From Ignavibacteriales bacterium (GTDB taxonomy: Bacteria; Bacteroidota; Ignavibacteria; UBA10030; UBA8401): a DNA stretch of 64,000 nt. A program made the position numbers and the translations under genes. The notes under the pieces were generated by a model. That model ran no database searches, had not been told where the DNA came from, and was given only the letters and a program-made list of their open reading frames with translations. Shown piece after piece: positions 29,132 to 38,882 of the stretch (the first letter of the stretch is position 1; the number at the start of each line of letters is the position of its first letter). The stretch is taken from assembly GCA_037443785.1 (NCBI GenBank), contig JBBINR010000013.1:9525-73524 (forward strand). Reading direction: 5' to 3'.

Positions 29132-30162
29132 TTAAAAAATATTCGATTTGACTTTATGTGCTGCACAATGAATTCAGCGAATTGCTTCGTTCCAACTTTT
29201 GAATTAGGATTTAAATCTCTTGTCACTTCACTTGGATTTTTCAAAGTTTCTCGAATAGCTTTGTAAATTTTTTCAGCGGCTGCTGTTTCTCCAAGGTGAT
29301 TGAGCATCATTGCGGAAGCAAGGATAATGGCCGATGGATTGGCAAGATTTTTTCCTGCAATATCCGGCGCACTACCGTGCACTGCTTCGAAGATTGCAGC
29401 GCTTGTTCCAATATTTGCGCCTGGCGCAAGTCCAAGTCCGCCGACTAATCCAGAACAAAGATCGGAAAGAATATCTCCGAATAAATTTGTCGTCACAATC
29501 ACGTCGTATTGATTTGGATTCAGCACAAGCTGCATCGCCATGTTGTCAATAATAACATCGTTACATTGAATATCCGGGAATTCACTTGCAACCTGCTTGC
29601 CAACTTCCAAAAACAATCCTCCGGTATATTTCATAATGTTCGCTTTATGAACAATGGTTACTTTTTTTCGATTGTATTTTCGAGCGTATTCAAATGCCGC
29701 ACGAACAATTCGTTCAGAGCCATATCGCGTGATAATACCGATTGTTTCCGCCGCACTTTTTTGCGCATCAATATAATGTTCAATACCAGAATAAAATTCC
29801 TCAATATTTTCTCGGAACATCACCAGATCGACATTTTCATAACGAGATTGAACGCCGGTAAACGATTTTGCCGGGCGAAGATTGATATAGAGGTCAAATT
29901 CTTTTCGAAGTGCAACATTAATGCTCCGAAATCCTTTTCCCAATTGTGTAGTCAATGGACCCTTTAAGGCAACTTTATTACGGCGTATCGAATCAATTGT
30001 CTCTTCCGGAATTGGATCTTTATGTTTCTCAATCCCAGCCATACCGGCATACACTTCTTCCCACTTTATGTCAACTCCTGTGGCCTCAATAACATGCACC
30101 GCCGCTTCTGTAATATCAGGGCCGATTCCATCTCCAGGTACAAGTGTAACAGTATACATCAA
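29128..30162 (-). CDS. isocitrate/isopropylmalate dehydrogenase family enzyme (probably NAD-dependent isocitrate dehydrogenase)
   Basis: 344 aa; N-terminus LVPGDGIGPDIT; NLFGDILSD and GSAPDIAGKNLANPSA motifs of the beta-decarboxylating dehydrogenase family. It overlaps dusB by 4 nt, consistent with an operon. Confidence 0.75.
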   Translation of the reverse strand: MMYTVTLVPGDGIGPDITEAAVHVIEATGVDIKWEEVYAGMAGIEKHKDPIPEETIDSIRRNKVALKGPLTTQLGKGFRSINVALRKEFDLYINLRPAKSFTGVQSRYENVDLVMFRENIEEFYSGIEHYIDAQKSAAETIGIITRYGSERIVRAAFEYARKYNRKKVTIVHKANIMKYTGGLFLEVGKQVASEFPDIQCNDVIIDNMAMQLVLNPNQYDVIVTTNLFGDILSDLCSGLVGGLGLAPGANIGTSAAIFEAVHGSAPDIAGKNLANPSAIILASAMMLNHLGETAAAEKIYKAIRETLKNPSEVTRDLNPNSKVGTKQFAEFIVQHIKSNRIFFK

Positions 30163-30344
30163 TCAATTCCTATAATTTATTGTATTAATTTACAAAAAAG
30201 TGAGGGCAGTTCAAAACAGATCAATCAATTATCCGTAACAACAAAGGTAATTGCTTCCCCTCTCTTTTTTCGGTACATTTATAAAAAGATGTCCGGCTCT
30301 TTTATAGAACCGGACTTTGTGTTTTAGAATTATGTGGACCCCGT

Positions 30345-31169
30345 TTGAAAAAATATCTCAACTTCATTAAGATCGAACATACTCTGTTCTCACTCCCAAT
30401 GATTTACAGTGGCGTATTTCTTGCGTCGCATGAAGCACCGTCGATTCGTTTATTGTTACTCGTTCTTGCCGCTGCAATCGGTGCACGGCTGGTTGCCATG
30501 ACATTAAATAGAATTGTTGATCGTGAAATCGACAAACACAACCCGCGAACGTTGAACCGCGAATTGCCAAGTGGAAAAATGAAATTGATTGAAAGCTATG
30601 CTGTTCTCATTTTGGGGTTATTGATGTACGTCGGTTCAGCAAAAATGATTTCCGATTTCTGTTTTTATCTTTCCCCAATTCCATTGATCGTATTCGTCGT
30701 GTATCCGTATCTAAAACGCTTTACGCCCCTTGCTCATTTCGGGGTCGGAATGGGATTGGCAATGGGTCCGCTGGGAGGTTTTTTTGCAGTTATTGGATCG
30801 ATGAATCGATTTGGAGAGGCATTGTTGCTTCCATTCTTTAATCTTTTTTGGGCAACTGGATTTGATATCATTTATTCGACGCTTGACGAAGAATTTGATA
30901 AAAAAGCGGGATTGTTTTCGTTTCCATCACGGTTCGGAAAAAAAAGAGCCCTGCAAATTTCCGGAGCGCTTCACATTCTTTCGTTCGTCACGCTGATTGC
31001 ATTAGTCATCATTTCATTGAAAGCGTTGATTGCACTACCATTCCTTCTTCTCAGCGGATTTTTGTTGTGGCTGGAACAGCACAAAGCTGAAGATGTTGAA
31101 CTGGCATTTTTTAAAATTAATATTGTTGTGGGATTTAGCATTTTGGTTATGATTTTAGTAAGTATTTAA
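30345..31169 (+). CDS. UbiA-family aromatic prenyltransferase (probably the menaquinone-pathway MqnP-like enzyme)
   Basis: 274 aa; NRIVDREIDKHNPRT (NDxxDxxxD) and a second Asp-rich motif; polytopic membrane protein. Confidence 0.8.
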   Translation: MKKYLNFIKIEHTLFSLPMIYSGVFLASHEAPSIRLLLLVLAAAIGARLVAMTLNRIVDREIDKHNPRTLNRELPSGKMKLIESYAVLILGLLMYVGSAKMISDFCFYLSPIPLIVFVVYPYLKRFTPLAHFGVGMGLAMGPLGGFFAVIGSMNRFGEALLLPFFNLFWATGFDIIYSTLDEEFDKKAGLFSFPSRFGKKRALQISGALHILSFVTLIALVIISLKALIALPFLLLSGFLLWLEQHKAEDVELAFFKINIVVGFSILVMILVSI

Positions 31170-31171
31170 AA

Positions 31172-31723
31172 ATGAAAATAGTCGTCGGCATAACAGGGAG
31201 TTCAGGTGCACTTTACGCGCTCGACTTTCTAAAAAAATCTCAATCAGAAAAATTTCTCGTTGTCAGCAAATGGGGAAAAGTTTTGCTGAAAGATGAATTG
31301 GGAAAATCGGAAGAAGATTTGCATCCGTACATCAAGCGCCAGTTTGATGACAAGGATCTTTCTGCACCGATCGCTTCCGGTTCAAACCACATCGATGCGT
31401 TTGTGATTCTTCCTTGCTCCACATCGACACTCGGAAAAATTGCTTCCGGCATTGGCGATTCGTTGATTACACGAACAGCGCAAGTATGCATGAAAGAACG
31501 ATATAAACTTATTTTGTGTGTCCGTGAAACACCGCTTTCAACCCTTGCTCTTGAACAATGTGCAAAACTTTCAAGTTATGGAGCGATTATTATGCCGATT
31601 TCCCCGCCAATGTACTTTGTTCCAAAATCTGTTGAAGAATTTGTCGGATCATTCACCGATAAATTGCTTGGAATTCTTGGAGAAAGAAATGCAAAAGGCT
31701 GGCGTGGTGAGGAACTGGAATAA
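31172..31723 (+). CDS. ubiX: UbiX-family flavin prenyltransferase
   Basis: 183 aa; MKIVVGITGSSGALYA N-terminal flavoprotein fold. Confidence 0.85.
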   Translation: MKIVVGITGSSGALYALDFLKKSQSEKFLVVSKWGKVLLKDELGKSEEDLHPYIKRQFDDKDLSAPIASGSNHIDAFVILPCSTSTLGKIASGIGDSLITRTAQVCMKERYKLILCVRETPLSTLALEQCAKLSSYGAIIMPISPPMYFVPKSVEEFVGSFTDKLLGILGERNAKGWRGEELE

Positions 31724-31738
31724 GATCGGAAGAGCATA

Positions 31739-33505
31739 ATGTTTGATAACTTACAAGATTTTGTAAAACATCTCGAAAAAAATGGCGAGCTTCATCGTGT
31801 AGAAGTCGAAGTTGATCCCGTATTGGAAATCACCGAGATCGCAACTCGCGCATTGAAGTTGGATAAACCCGCTCTTTTGTTTGAACGCGTAAAGGGTGCA
31901 AAATATCCACTGCTCATCAATCAACTTGCCAGTGACCGGCGGATTGAGCTTGCACTCGGTAAACATCCAGACGAACTTGGCGAAGAACTCATTTCATTCG
32001 CAGAAAAAATTTTACCTCCGTCTCCCAGAATTTTGTTTGAAGAATCTTCGATGATTCGCCGCTTGATCAATGCGCGTCCAAAAGAAGTTCGCATCGCTCG
32101 TTCGCAAGCGATTATTGAAAAACCAATGCTTTCGGATCTTCCAATTCTTAAAACATGGCCTCATGATGGCGGACGTTTTGTAACACTGCCTCAGGTTATT
32201 ACATACGATCCGATTACGCACAAAAGGAATATCGGAATGTACCGCATTCATGTGTTTGACGATCAAACGACAGGAATGCATTGGCAAATCCAGAAAGGCG
32301 GCGGCTTCCATTATTACCAAGCGGAAAAAATGAATCAACCGCTAGAAGTTGCGTTAGCAATCGGAACTGATCCCGCGCTTCTTCTTGCCACAGTAGCAGC
32401 GCTCCCGGAAGGAATTGATGAAGCAATGTTTGCAGCGTTCTTGCGCGGCAAGCCGACTGAATTTGTGAACGGTAGGACAATCAACATCAGCGTTCCGGCA
32501 AATGCAGAATTTATTTTTGAAGGAATTGTAAAACCAAAAGAGCGAAGAACGGAAGGCCCGTTTGGAGATCACTTCGGACATTATTCCAACGCGGCAGAAT
32601 TTCCGGTGTTTCATATTCAAACGATGACACACAGAAAAGATCCGATTTATCCCGCAACCATTGTCGGAATTCCCCCGATGGAAGATAAATTCATCGGCGA
32701 TGCCACTCAGCAAATTCTTGCTCCCCTGACGCGTTTGATACACCATGAGGTAAAAAATGTATGGGCGTATTACGAAGCAGGATTTCACAATCTTCTTGTC
32801 GTTTCAATTGAACAGCGCTATCAAAAAGAAGCGATGAAAGCGGCTCTTGGTTTGCTCGGCACCGGTCAATTGTCATTGACAAAATGTTTGATTGCCGTTT
32901 CTGAAAATGTCGACGTCCGGAATTTTAACGAAGTAATGAAAGCAGTGCGTGATAATTTTGACCCACATTTCGATTTTATCATGATTCCCAAAGTTCCTCT
33001 TGACACATTGGACTTTACCTCCTTCACGATGAATCTCGGCAGCAAGATGATTATCGACGCAACCGAAAAGAAAAAACCGAAGCGCAAAGTGAATATAAAA
33101 AAATTGAATGAAGTGGTAAAAAGTTTATCATCATTCGATAGAAGAATTATCGATGCGCGACTTATCGAAGGGGCGCTATTATTGCTCAAAGTGAAAAAAG
33201 AAGGCGATGCAGTCATCAAAAAAATTGTGAAGCATCCGGAACTCGAGGGCATTTCCATGGCGGCAACGGTGAGCTTCGACGTAGATATTAACGAACAAGA
33301 AAGTTATATTTGGGGTGTCTTTACCCGCTTTGATTGTGAACGGGATGTTCTTTTTACAGAACAAAAAATGATTGGTATTTCTCCTATCTACAACGGAATT
33401 CTCGGCATCGATGCGACATGGAAGAATGGATATCCTGACCCTCTCGTTATGGACGATGAGATTATAAAGAAGGTCGACGAACGCTGGGATAGTTACTGGC
33501 GGTAG
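31739..33505 (+). CDS. UbiD-family decarboxylase (menaquinone-pathway MqnL-like)
   Basis: 588 aa; UbiD core (GGRFVTLPQVITYDP, GMYR) with a longer C-terminus than classical UbiD. Confidence 0.78.
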   Translation: MFDNLQDFVKHLEKNGELHRVEVEVDPVLEITEIATRALKLDKPALLFERVKGAKYPLLINQLASDRRIELALGKHPDELGEELISFAEKILPPSPRILFEESSMIRRLINARPKEVRIARSQAIIEKPMLSDLPILKTWPHDGGRFVTLPQVITYDPITHKRNIGMYRIHVFDDQTTGMHWQIQKGGGFHYYQAEKMNQPLEVALAIGTDPALLLATVAALPEGIDEAMFAAFLRGKPTEFVNGRTINISVPANAEFIFEGIVKPKERRTEGPFGDHFGHYSNAAEFPVFHIQTMTHRKDPIYPATIVGIPPMEDKFIGDATQQILAPLTRLIHHEVKNVWAYYEAGFHNLLVVSIEQRYQKEAMKAALGLLGTGQLSLTKCLIAVSENVDVRNFNEVMKAVRDNFDPHFDFIMIPKVPLDTLDFTSFTMNLGSKMIIDATEKKKPKRKVNIKKLNEVVKSLSSFDRRIIDARLIEGALLLLKVKKEGDAVIKKIVKHPELEGISMAATVSFDVDINEQESYIWGVFTRFDCERDVLFTEQKMIGISPIYNGILGIDATWKNGYPDPLVMDDEIIKKVDERWDSYWR

Positions 33506-33550
33506 TGAAAAAGATCCTGATTTAAAAATTACATTTGTGGCATAAAAATT

Positions 33551-35413
33551 ATGAATTCAACAATATTTTTTAGAGATAAAAATTTACATCCTATATGGGA
33601 TAAAATTCAAAACGGCAAACGCCTCTCGCTCGCTGACGGCGTTACAATGTTCCAATCCAATGATGTGATTTCAATTGGAAAAATGGCAAGCATTGTTCAA
33701 CAGAAAAAAAGCGGAGACGCTGTCTATTACGTCCTCAATCAAAAAATTGAACCGACCAATGTGTGCGTTCTTTCCTGCAAATTTTGTGACTTCGCTGCAA
33801 AGCAAGGAACTGAACGTGCGTACGAGATGACGATCGAAGAAATTCTTTCGAAACTCACGCCTGACATTCATGAAGTGCACATCACGGGCGGCTTGCATCC
33901 GGATTGGGAATGGAAATATTACCTCAATATGGTTCGTGAAATAAAAAAGAATTTTCCGAACACCGACGTAAAAGCATTCACTGCTGTTGAAATAGATTTC
34001 TTTCACAAAAAATTTAAACTGCCTATTGAAGAAGTGCTCCGGCAATTATATGATGCCGGCCTTCGAACAATGCCGGGCGGAGGCGCAGAAGTTTTTTCGG
34101 AACGCGTTCGCAAACTTCTCTTTAATCAAAAGATCGGCGCGAAGACGTGGTTTGAAGTTCATAAGACCGCTCACAAACTTGGAATCCCGACAAATTCTAC
34201 GCTTCTGTATGGTCACATCGAAACATATGAAGAGCGGACAAATCATTTTATAAAATTGCGTGAAGCACAGGATGAAACCGGCGGATTCCTTACATTTATT
34301 CCGCTTGCATTTCAGCCAGGCGACACAGGAATAAAACCGAAGAACGAATTTACTTCTGCAATTGAAGATCTCAAAACGATTGCCATTTCTCGTTTGATGC
34401 TCGACAATTTCAACCACATCAAAGCATATTGGGTGATGTTAACAGAAGAAGTTGCATCCATTGCATTGAATTTTGGCGCAGATGATATGGATGGAACCGT
34501 GGGTGGGGAAAAAATTGCTCACGATGCCGGTGCGACATCGCCAATGACAATGGCAAAAGATCAATTGATAAAAATTATTAAAGATGCAGGAAAAATTCCG
34601 GTCGAGCGCGATGTCTATTACAATCCGTTAAATGTCTCTACTGAAAATGTTATTGGAAAGATTCCGTATCTCAATTCCGTCCCCTTCTACGAATTTTTTG
34701 AACAGCGACAATTCAAAATACTCCCCGTTGCACCGCGGCGCATGGGCGTTCTTTCAAAACAAAATCAGCTTGATGCGGGATTGTTCTCACTTATGGATTA
34801 CTTTGCGCAGCAAGAGAACCTTGAGTTGATGAATTTTTGCATTTCGTCGCGCGATCAGGTAAAAAGTGTGATGCTCTTTTCGAAAGAAGGCTGGCAAGGA
34901 CTTCAGGGAAAAAATATCGGCATCATTGATGATACTGCAACGTCCGTTCGCTTGCTCCAAGTATTATTGGAAAAGAAATACAAAGTGAAGGCAAATTTTA
35001 TGCGGATGCATGCCGGCATCAATGATTATTCACGATTTGACGCGGTTTTATTAATCGGAGATGAAGCATTAAAAGCATACAAAGCCGGATTGCCAAATTT
35101 TGAACTCGTATACGACCTGGCAAAAGAATGGTATGACTGGCAAAAACTTCCCTTCGTATTCGCCGTGTGGGCACACAAGCGTTTGATGACGGAAGATAAA
35201 AAAACAGATTTACATGAAATTATTCAACACGGTTTGGAACGCGGTGAGGCCCAACTGGATAAAATTGGTTTTCTCCACGGGAAAAAAATCGACTTTTCGC
35301 CGAAAGAAACAACGGAATATTTGGAAGGATTTAATTACCGCCTGGGCGAACGTGAGAGAGAAGCGATGAAGGCATTCAAAAAATTCGTTGAACAAGTTGA
35401 AGTAAGTTTGTAA
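33551..35413 (+). CDS. fusion protein: radical-SAM MqnE/MqnC-type enzyme (probably aminofutalosine synthase) at the N-terminus and a MqnA-like (chorismate dehydratase, VitK2_biosynth family) domain at the C-terminus
   Basis: 620 aa in one continuous frame. Residues 1 to about 360 carry NVCVLSCKFCDFA (CxxxCxxC radical-SAM cluster) and end with the family-typical ...PVERDVYYN. Residues from about 365 onward begin IGKIPYLNSVPFYEFF, the signature N-terminus of MqnA/MqnD-fold proteins. Confidence 0.7.
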   Translation: MNSTIFFRDKNLHPIWDKIQNGKRLSLADGVTMFQSNDVISIGKMASIVQQKKSGDAVYYVLNQKIEPTNVCVLSCKFCDFAAKQGTERAYEMTIEEILSKLTPDIHEVHITGGLHPDWEWKYYLNMVREIKKNFPNTDVKAFTAVEIDFFHKKFKLPIEEVLRQLYDAGLRTMPGGGAEVFSERVRKLLFNQKIGAKTWFEVHKTAHKLGIPTNSTLLYGHIETYEERTNHFIKLREAQDETGGFLTFIPLAFQPGDTGIKPKNEFTSAIEDLKTIAISRLMLDNFNHIKAYWVMLTEEVASIALNFGADDMDGTVGGEKIAHDAGATSPMTMAKDQLIKIIKDAGKIPVERDVYYNPLNVSTENVIGKIPYLNSVPFYEFFEQRQFKILPVAPRRMGVLSKQNQLDAGLFSLMDYFAQQENLELMNFCISSRDQVKSVMLFSKEGWQGLQGKNIGIIDDTATSVRLLQVLLEKKYKVKANFMRMHAGINDYSRFDAVLLIGDEALKAYKAGLPNFELVYDLAKEWYDWQKLPFVFAVWAHKRLMTEDKKTDLHEIIQHGLERGEAQLDKIGFLHGKKIDFSPKETTEYLEGFNYRLGEREREAMKAFKKFVEQVEVSL

Positions 35414-35448
35414 ATTAACTAACAGTAATTTTTCAATAGTGCGATATA

Positions 35449-36318
35449 ATGGATCAACAACTTCTACACAAAATTCAAGAACTTGTCGGACAAGGCGAGA
35501 AATTAATTCCTGAAGGCGGGTTGGAATTTTCCGGCTATAATGCAAAGATGCAAAGCCAATATTTATTATGGCGGAAAAACTGTCTTGATACCCTTTCAAA
35601 AGCAGGTGAAAAAATTACTCCGTTGCGCGAGAAAGTAACGAAAGATGAAAACGGAGCGTATTTCTATCAGAATTCAGCGCAATTAATCGTCGACGTGTTG
35701 AAGCAATCCTTACCATTGGTAGAAGCGGAAGTAAAGAAAAACTCAAAACCCGTCGGTGCAAATCTAAAACCTTCATTTGAAGCAGCAAAGGAACCAGCTA
35801 TGGAACCCGCAAAAGCTCAACCGAAGCCCGCACCACAACCGAAAGTTGATCCCACTCCTGCACCTGAACCAAAAGTTCAACCGGCATCTGCTCCAGTTCA
35901 AAAACAACCGGCAGCATCGCCATCGGCAAGCAGTAAAGAAGTTTTTGTGTTATCATCGTCCGAATCTGAGCTGCAAAACCAGTTAACCTCTTTTCTGAAG
36001 GAAATTGGAATTGAATCGATTGCATTCCAGCGCGGCACCGCGATTGATGCGATCGTTTCTTTCCTTGATAAACATCCAAATATCAAATACGCGTACTACC
36101 TCTTCAACGCTGAAGATATGAACAACGCGATGTTTGAACTCGGCTATCTCGCCGGAAAAATCGGGACAGGAAGAATTTGCTGCGTCCATAAAAAAGAAGA
36201 TGCTCCGCCAAAAGGCATTCCTGGAATTACTTATAAAGAGATCGTTGTGAAGTTGGAAGAGATCAGTTTTGGACTTATTAAGGACCTGAAAGCGGCGGGA
36301 TATACTGTAACGATCTGA
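35449..36318 (+). CDS. TIR-like domain protein (COG4271/PF10137-type) with an unknown N-terminal domain and a Pro/Ala-rich linker
   Basis: 289 aa. The C-terminal ~125 aa read VFVLSSSESELQNQLTSFL...AYYLFNAEDM...FELGYLAGKIGTGRICCV..PKGIPGITYKE, matching the TIR-like predicted nucleotide-binding domain pattern. The linker is EPAKAQPKPAPQPKVDPTPAPEPKVQPASAP. It sits 35 and 33 bp from the flanking mqn genes. Confidence 0.7.
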   Translation: MDQQLLHKIQELVGQGEKLIPEGGLEFSGYNAKMQSQYLLWRKNCLDTLSKAGEKITPLREKVTKDENGAYFYQNSAQLIVDVLKQSLPLVEAEVKKNSKPVGANLKPSFEAAKEPAMEPAKAQPKPAPQPKVDPTPAPEPKVQPASAPVQKQPAASPSASSKEVFVLSSSESELQNQLTSFLKEIGIESIAFQRGTAIDAIVSFLDKHPNIKYAYYLFNAEDMNNAMFELGYLAGKIGTGRICCVHKKEDAPPKGIPGITYKEIVVKLEEISFGLIKDLKAAGYTVTI

Positions 36319-36351
36319 CATCCTCCTAAATTTTAATAACTTTTTTTATTA

Positions 36352-37449
36352 ATGATGAATCTTGCCGATTTATATTCCAAAATCCGTAGCGGGCAGCGTA
36401 TCGACCGCGAAGAAGGATTGTTTGTTTTCCGCAATGCACAATTGCTTGATCTTGGCGACCTTGCCAACGAAATTCGATTCAAGAAAAATCCTCTCCCGCA
36501 AGTAACATTCGTGCTCGACTCAAATCCAAATTATACCAATGTGTGCACAATCGATTGCATCTTTTGCGCATTCTACCGTCATCCCGGTGAAGAAGGCGTT
36601 TATACGCACACGGTCGATGAGATGATTCAAAATTTCAAGCAGTCGGCGGCAAAAGGAATTACGACCATTCTGCTTCAAGGCGGTGTCAATCCTGAATTAC
36701 CGTTTGACTATTATCTTGAAATGGTATCACGCACGATCAAAGAAGTTCCGCAAATTCACCCACACTTCTTCTCGACGTCAGAAATTTTGGAGATGTCGCG
36801 CGTTTCTGGTTTGTCTCTTATCGATACATTAAAAAAATTGTGGGACGCCGGATTGCGCTCCATACCCGGCGGCGGTGCGGAAATTCTTTCGGACCGCGTA
36901 AAGAAAAAAATCAGCAGCAAAAAAGGAACGTCGGCAGATTGGTTGAATGTCATGCGTGAAGCGCATAAGCTCGGATACAAAACGACCGCAACGATGATGT
37001 ACGGACATCTTGAAAAAGATGAAGACATTATCGAGCATCTCGAAGTCATTCGACAGCTTCAAGACGAATATCACGGATTTACTGCATTTGTTCCGTGGAG
37101 TTTTAAACCTGGAAATACTCCTCTTGAAAAAATAATCCCTACATATGCAACCCCCAAACGGTATCTTGAAATGATAGCATTCTCAAGAATCTACCTCGAT
37201 AATTTTGATCACGTTCAAGCCTCATGGTTTAGCGAAGGAAAAAAGACAGGACAGATTGCGCTTCATTTTGGTGCAGATGATTTTGGTGGAACACTGCTCG
37301 AGGAGAATGTCCATGCGGCGGCAAATTTTGTGAACAAGACAAATACCGAAGAATGTATCTCTCTCATTCACGAATCAGGTTTTGATGCAGCCCAACGAGG
37401 GACGCTGTATGAGATCAAAAAAGTTATTTCGAAAACAAAAGCGGCTTAA
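36352..37449 (+). CDS. mqnC: radical-SAM menaquinone biosynthesis enzyme, MqnC/MqnE family (probably cyclic dehydroxyfutalosine synthase)
   Basis: 365 aa; NYTNVCTIDCIFCAFYR motif and the family-typical C-terminal half. The MqnC versus MqnE assignment is uncertain. Confidence 0.75.
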   Translation: MMNLADLYSKIRSGQRIDREEGLFVFRNAQLLDLGDLANEIRFKKNPLPQVTFVLDSNPNYTNVCTIDCIFCAFYRHPGEEGVYTHTVDEMIQNFKQSAAKGITTILLQGGVNPELPFDYYLEMVSRTIKEVPQIHPHFFSTSEILEMSRVSGLSLIDTLKKLWDAGLRSIPGGGAEILSDRVKKKISSKKGTSADWLNVMREAHKLGYKTTATMMYGHLEKDEDIIEHLEVIRQLQDEYHGFTAFVPWSFKPGNTPLEKIIPTYATPKRYLEMIAFSRIYLDNFDHVQASWFSEGKKTGQIALHFGADDFGGTLLEENVHAAANFVNKTNTEECISLIHESGFDAAQRGTLYEIKKVISKTKAA

Positions 37450-38882
37450 ATATCGATAAGTCGCTTTCCTTCTTCCAACAGTCTTTTCATCTCAGATTCG
37501 TTTTGCCCTTCGGCATAGATTCGCACAAGCGGTTCCGTTTGTGACGCTCTGATAAAAAGCCATCGGCAATCGCCGCAAATATATTTTACACCGCTCACTT
37601 CTCCGTCGTCCGAAAACACTTCTTTGTCTTGGATCGGAAACTTCATTAACAAATCGATCGGGCTTTGAAACAGCTTTGAGAAGATATGTCCTCTGTCTTT
37701 TTTGTGGACGTGAATATCAATCCTGCCAAAGTGAAATTTTCCGACAATCAATTCTATTTCATCGAGTATCTGGTAGAGAGATTTTTCTGTCTGAGCTATC
37801 ATTTCACAGAACATCAAACCGGAAAGAATTCCATCCCGATCCGGTACATGATTTTTAAATCCAAATCCTCCGCTCTCTTCAGCACCGAACATGAAATCTT
37901 CTTTCAGCATCACTTCGGTAACACTGCTGAATCCAACGTTGACATCATAAACTTTTGAGCGCCATTGTTCTGCAAGCAATCGAACCTTATCGGTTACCGA
38001 CGCTGATTTAATAATCGCTCCGTTCCATTTTTTATTCTCGTGGAGGTGCCATAGCAGCGTCAGAATATTTTCTTGAGCGGTCATCCATTTCCCGTCTTCA
38101 AAGACAATGCTGCAACGATCGGCGTCGCCGTCTGTCGCAATTCCAAAAATTGCATCGGTAACGCTTGTGTTATACTTCAATGGCTCAAGATTTTTTTCAA
38201 TCGGTTCCGGCAGACGATCATAGAAATTCGGCTCGGCAGATCCAAAAATGGTTTGCGCGCGCCAGCCTGCATCAACCAAAATTTCTTCCAGAATTGTCTG
38301 GCCGGCTCCACCCATCGAATCAATCATGACACTTGGGTTATTTGCAGGATTCAGCGCGAATTTTCGAAGAACGTCAAAATCTACAAGAGTCTGTATATGC
38401 CGAGTATATTCCGGCAGAAAGTTTTTTATCTCAATTCGGTCGCTCGATTGTTTGTTATCAACACTCTCTCTGAGAAATTCAAAAACCTTCTTTGTTTCTG
38501 TTCTTAAAAATGGCCCGCCAAAACTTCCTTTAAACTTTATGCCGTTGTACTGTGCAGAATTATGGCTTGCCGTAATCATAATTCCCGCGGCACATGAATA
38601 TTTTTTTAGTGTAAACGACAGTACCGGGGTTGGAATAATTTTTTCGGAAAGAAGAACAGAAAATCCTTGTGCAGACAAAATACGGGCAAACAGCGTTGCA
38701 AAATCTTTTGAATATTTTCTGCCGTCAAATCCTATTGCTACGGTTGTATCGGATTGTTTCTCTGCTATGAGATATCGAGCAAATGCTTCTGCAACGCGTA
38801 TAAGATTCCGTTCATTAAAGACATCATCAAGAATTCCACGCCAGCCGTTCGCGCCAAATTTGATAGGAGGATTCATTGTCAT
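37446..38882 (-). CDS. alpha-D-phosphohexomutase (phosphoglucomutase/phosphomannomutase) family
   Basis: 478 aa; active-site ITASHNSAQYNGIKF, metal loop DGDADR, sugar-binding GEESGG. Confidence 0.85.
   Translation of the reverse strand: MTMNPPIKFGANGWRGILDDVFNERNLIRVAEAFARYLIAEKQSDTTVAIGFDGRKYSKDFATLFARILSAQGFSVLLSEKIIPTPVLSFTLKKYSCAAGIMITASHNSAQYNGIKFKGSFGGPFLRTETKKVFEFLRESVDNKQSSDRIEIKNFLPEYTRHIQTLVDFDVLRKFALNPANNPSVMIDSMGGAGQTILEEILVDAGWRAQTIFGSAEPNFYDRLPEPIEKNLEPLKYNTSVTDAIFGIATDGDADRCSIVFEDGKWMTAQENILTLLWHLHENKKWNGAIIKSASVTDKVRLLAEQWRSKVYDVNVGFSSVTEVMLKEDFMFGAEESGGFGFKNHVPDRDGILSGLMFCEMIAQTEKSLYQILDEIELIVGKFHFGRIDIHVHKKDRGHIFSKLFQSPIDLLMKFPIQDKEVFSDDGEVSGVKYICGDCRWLFIRASQTEPLVRIYAEGQNESEMKRLLEEGKRLIDI

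Noticed and set aside
30260-30300. A hairpin gtccggctcttttatagaaccggac in the divergent IDH/ubiA intergenic region, as a possible attenuator.
   Set aside because: A short 6-bp stem with no T-run; it could equally be chance in a promoter region.
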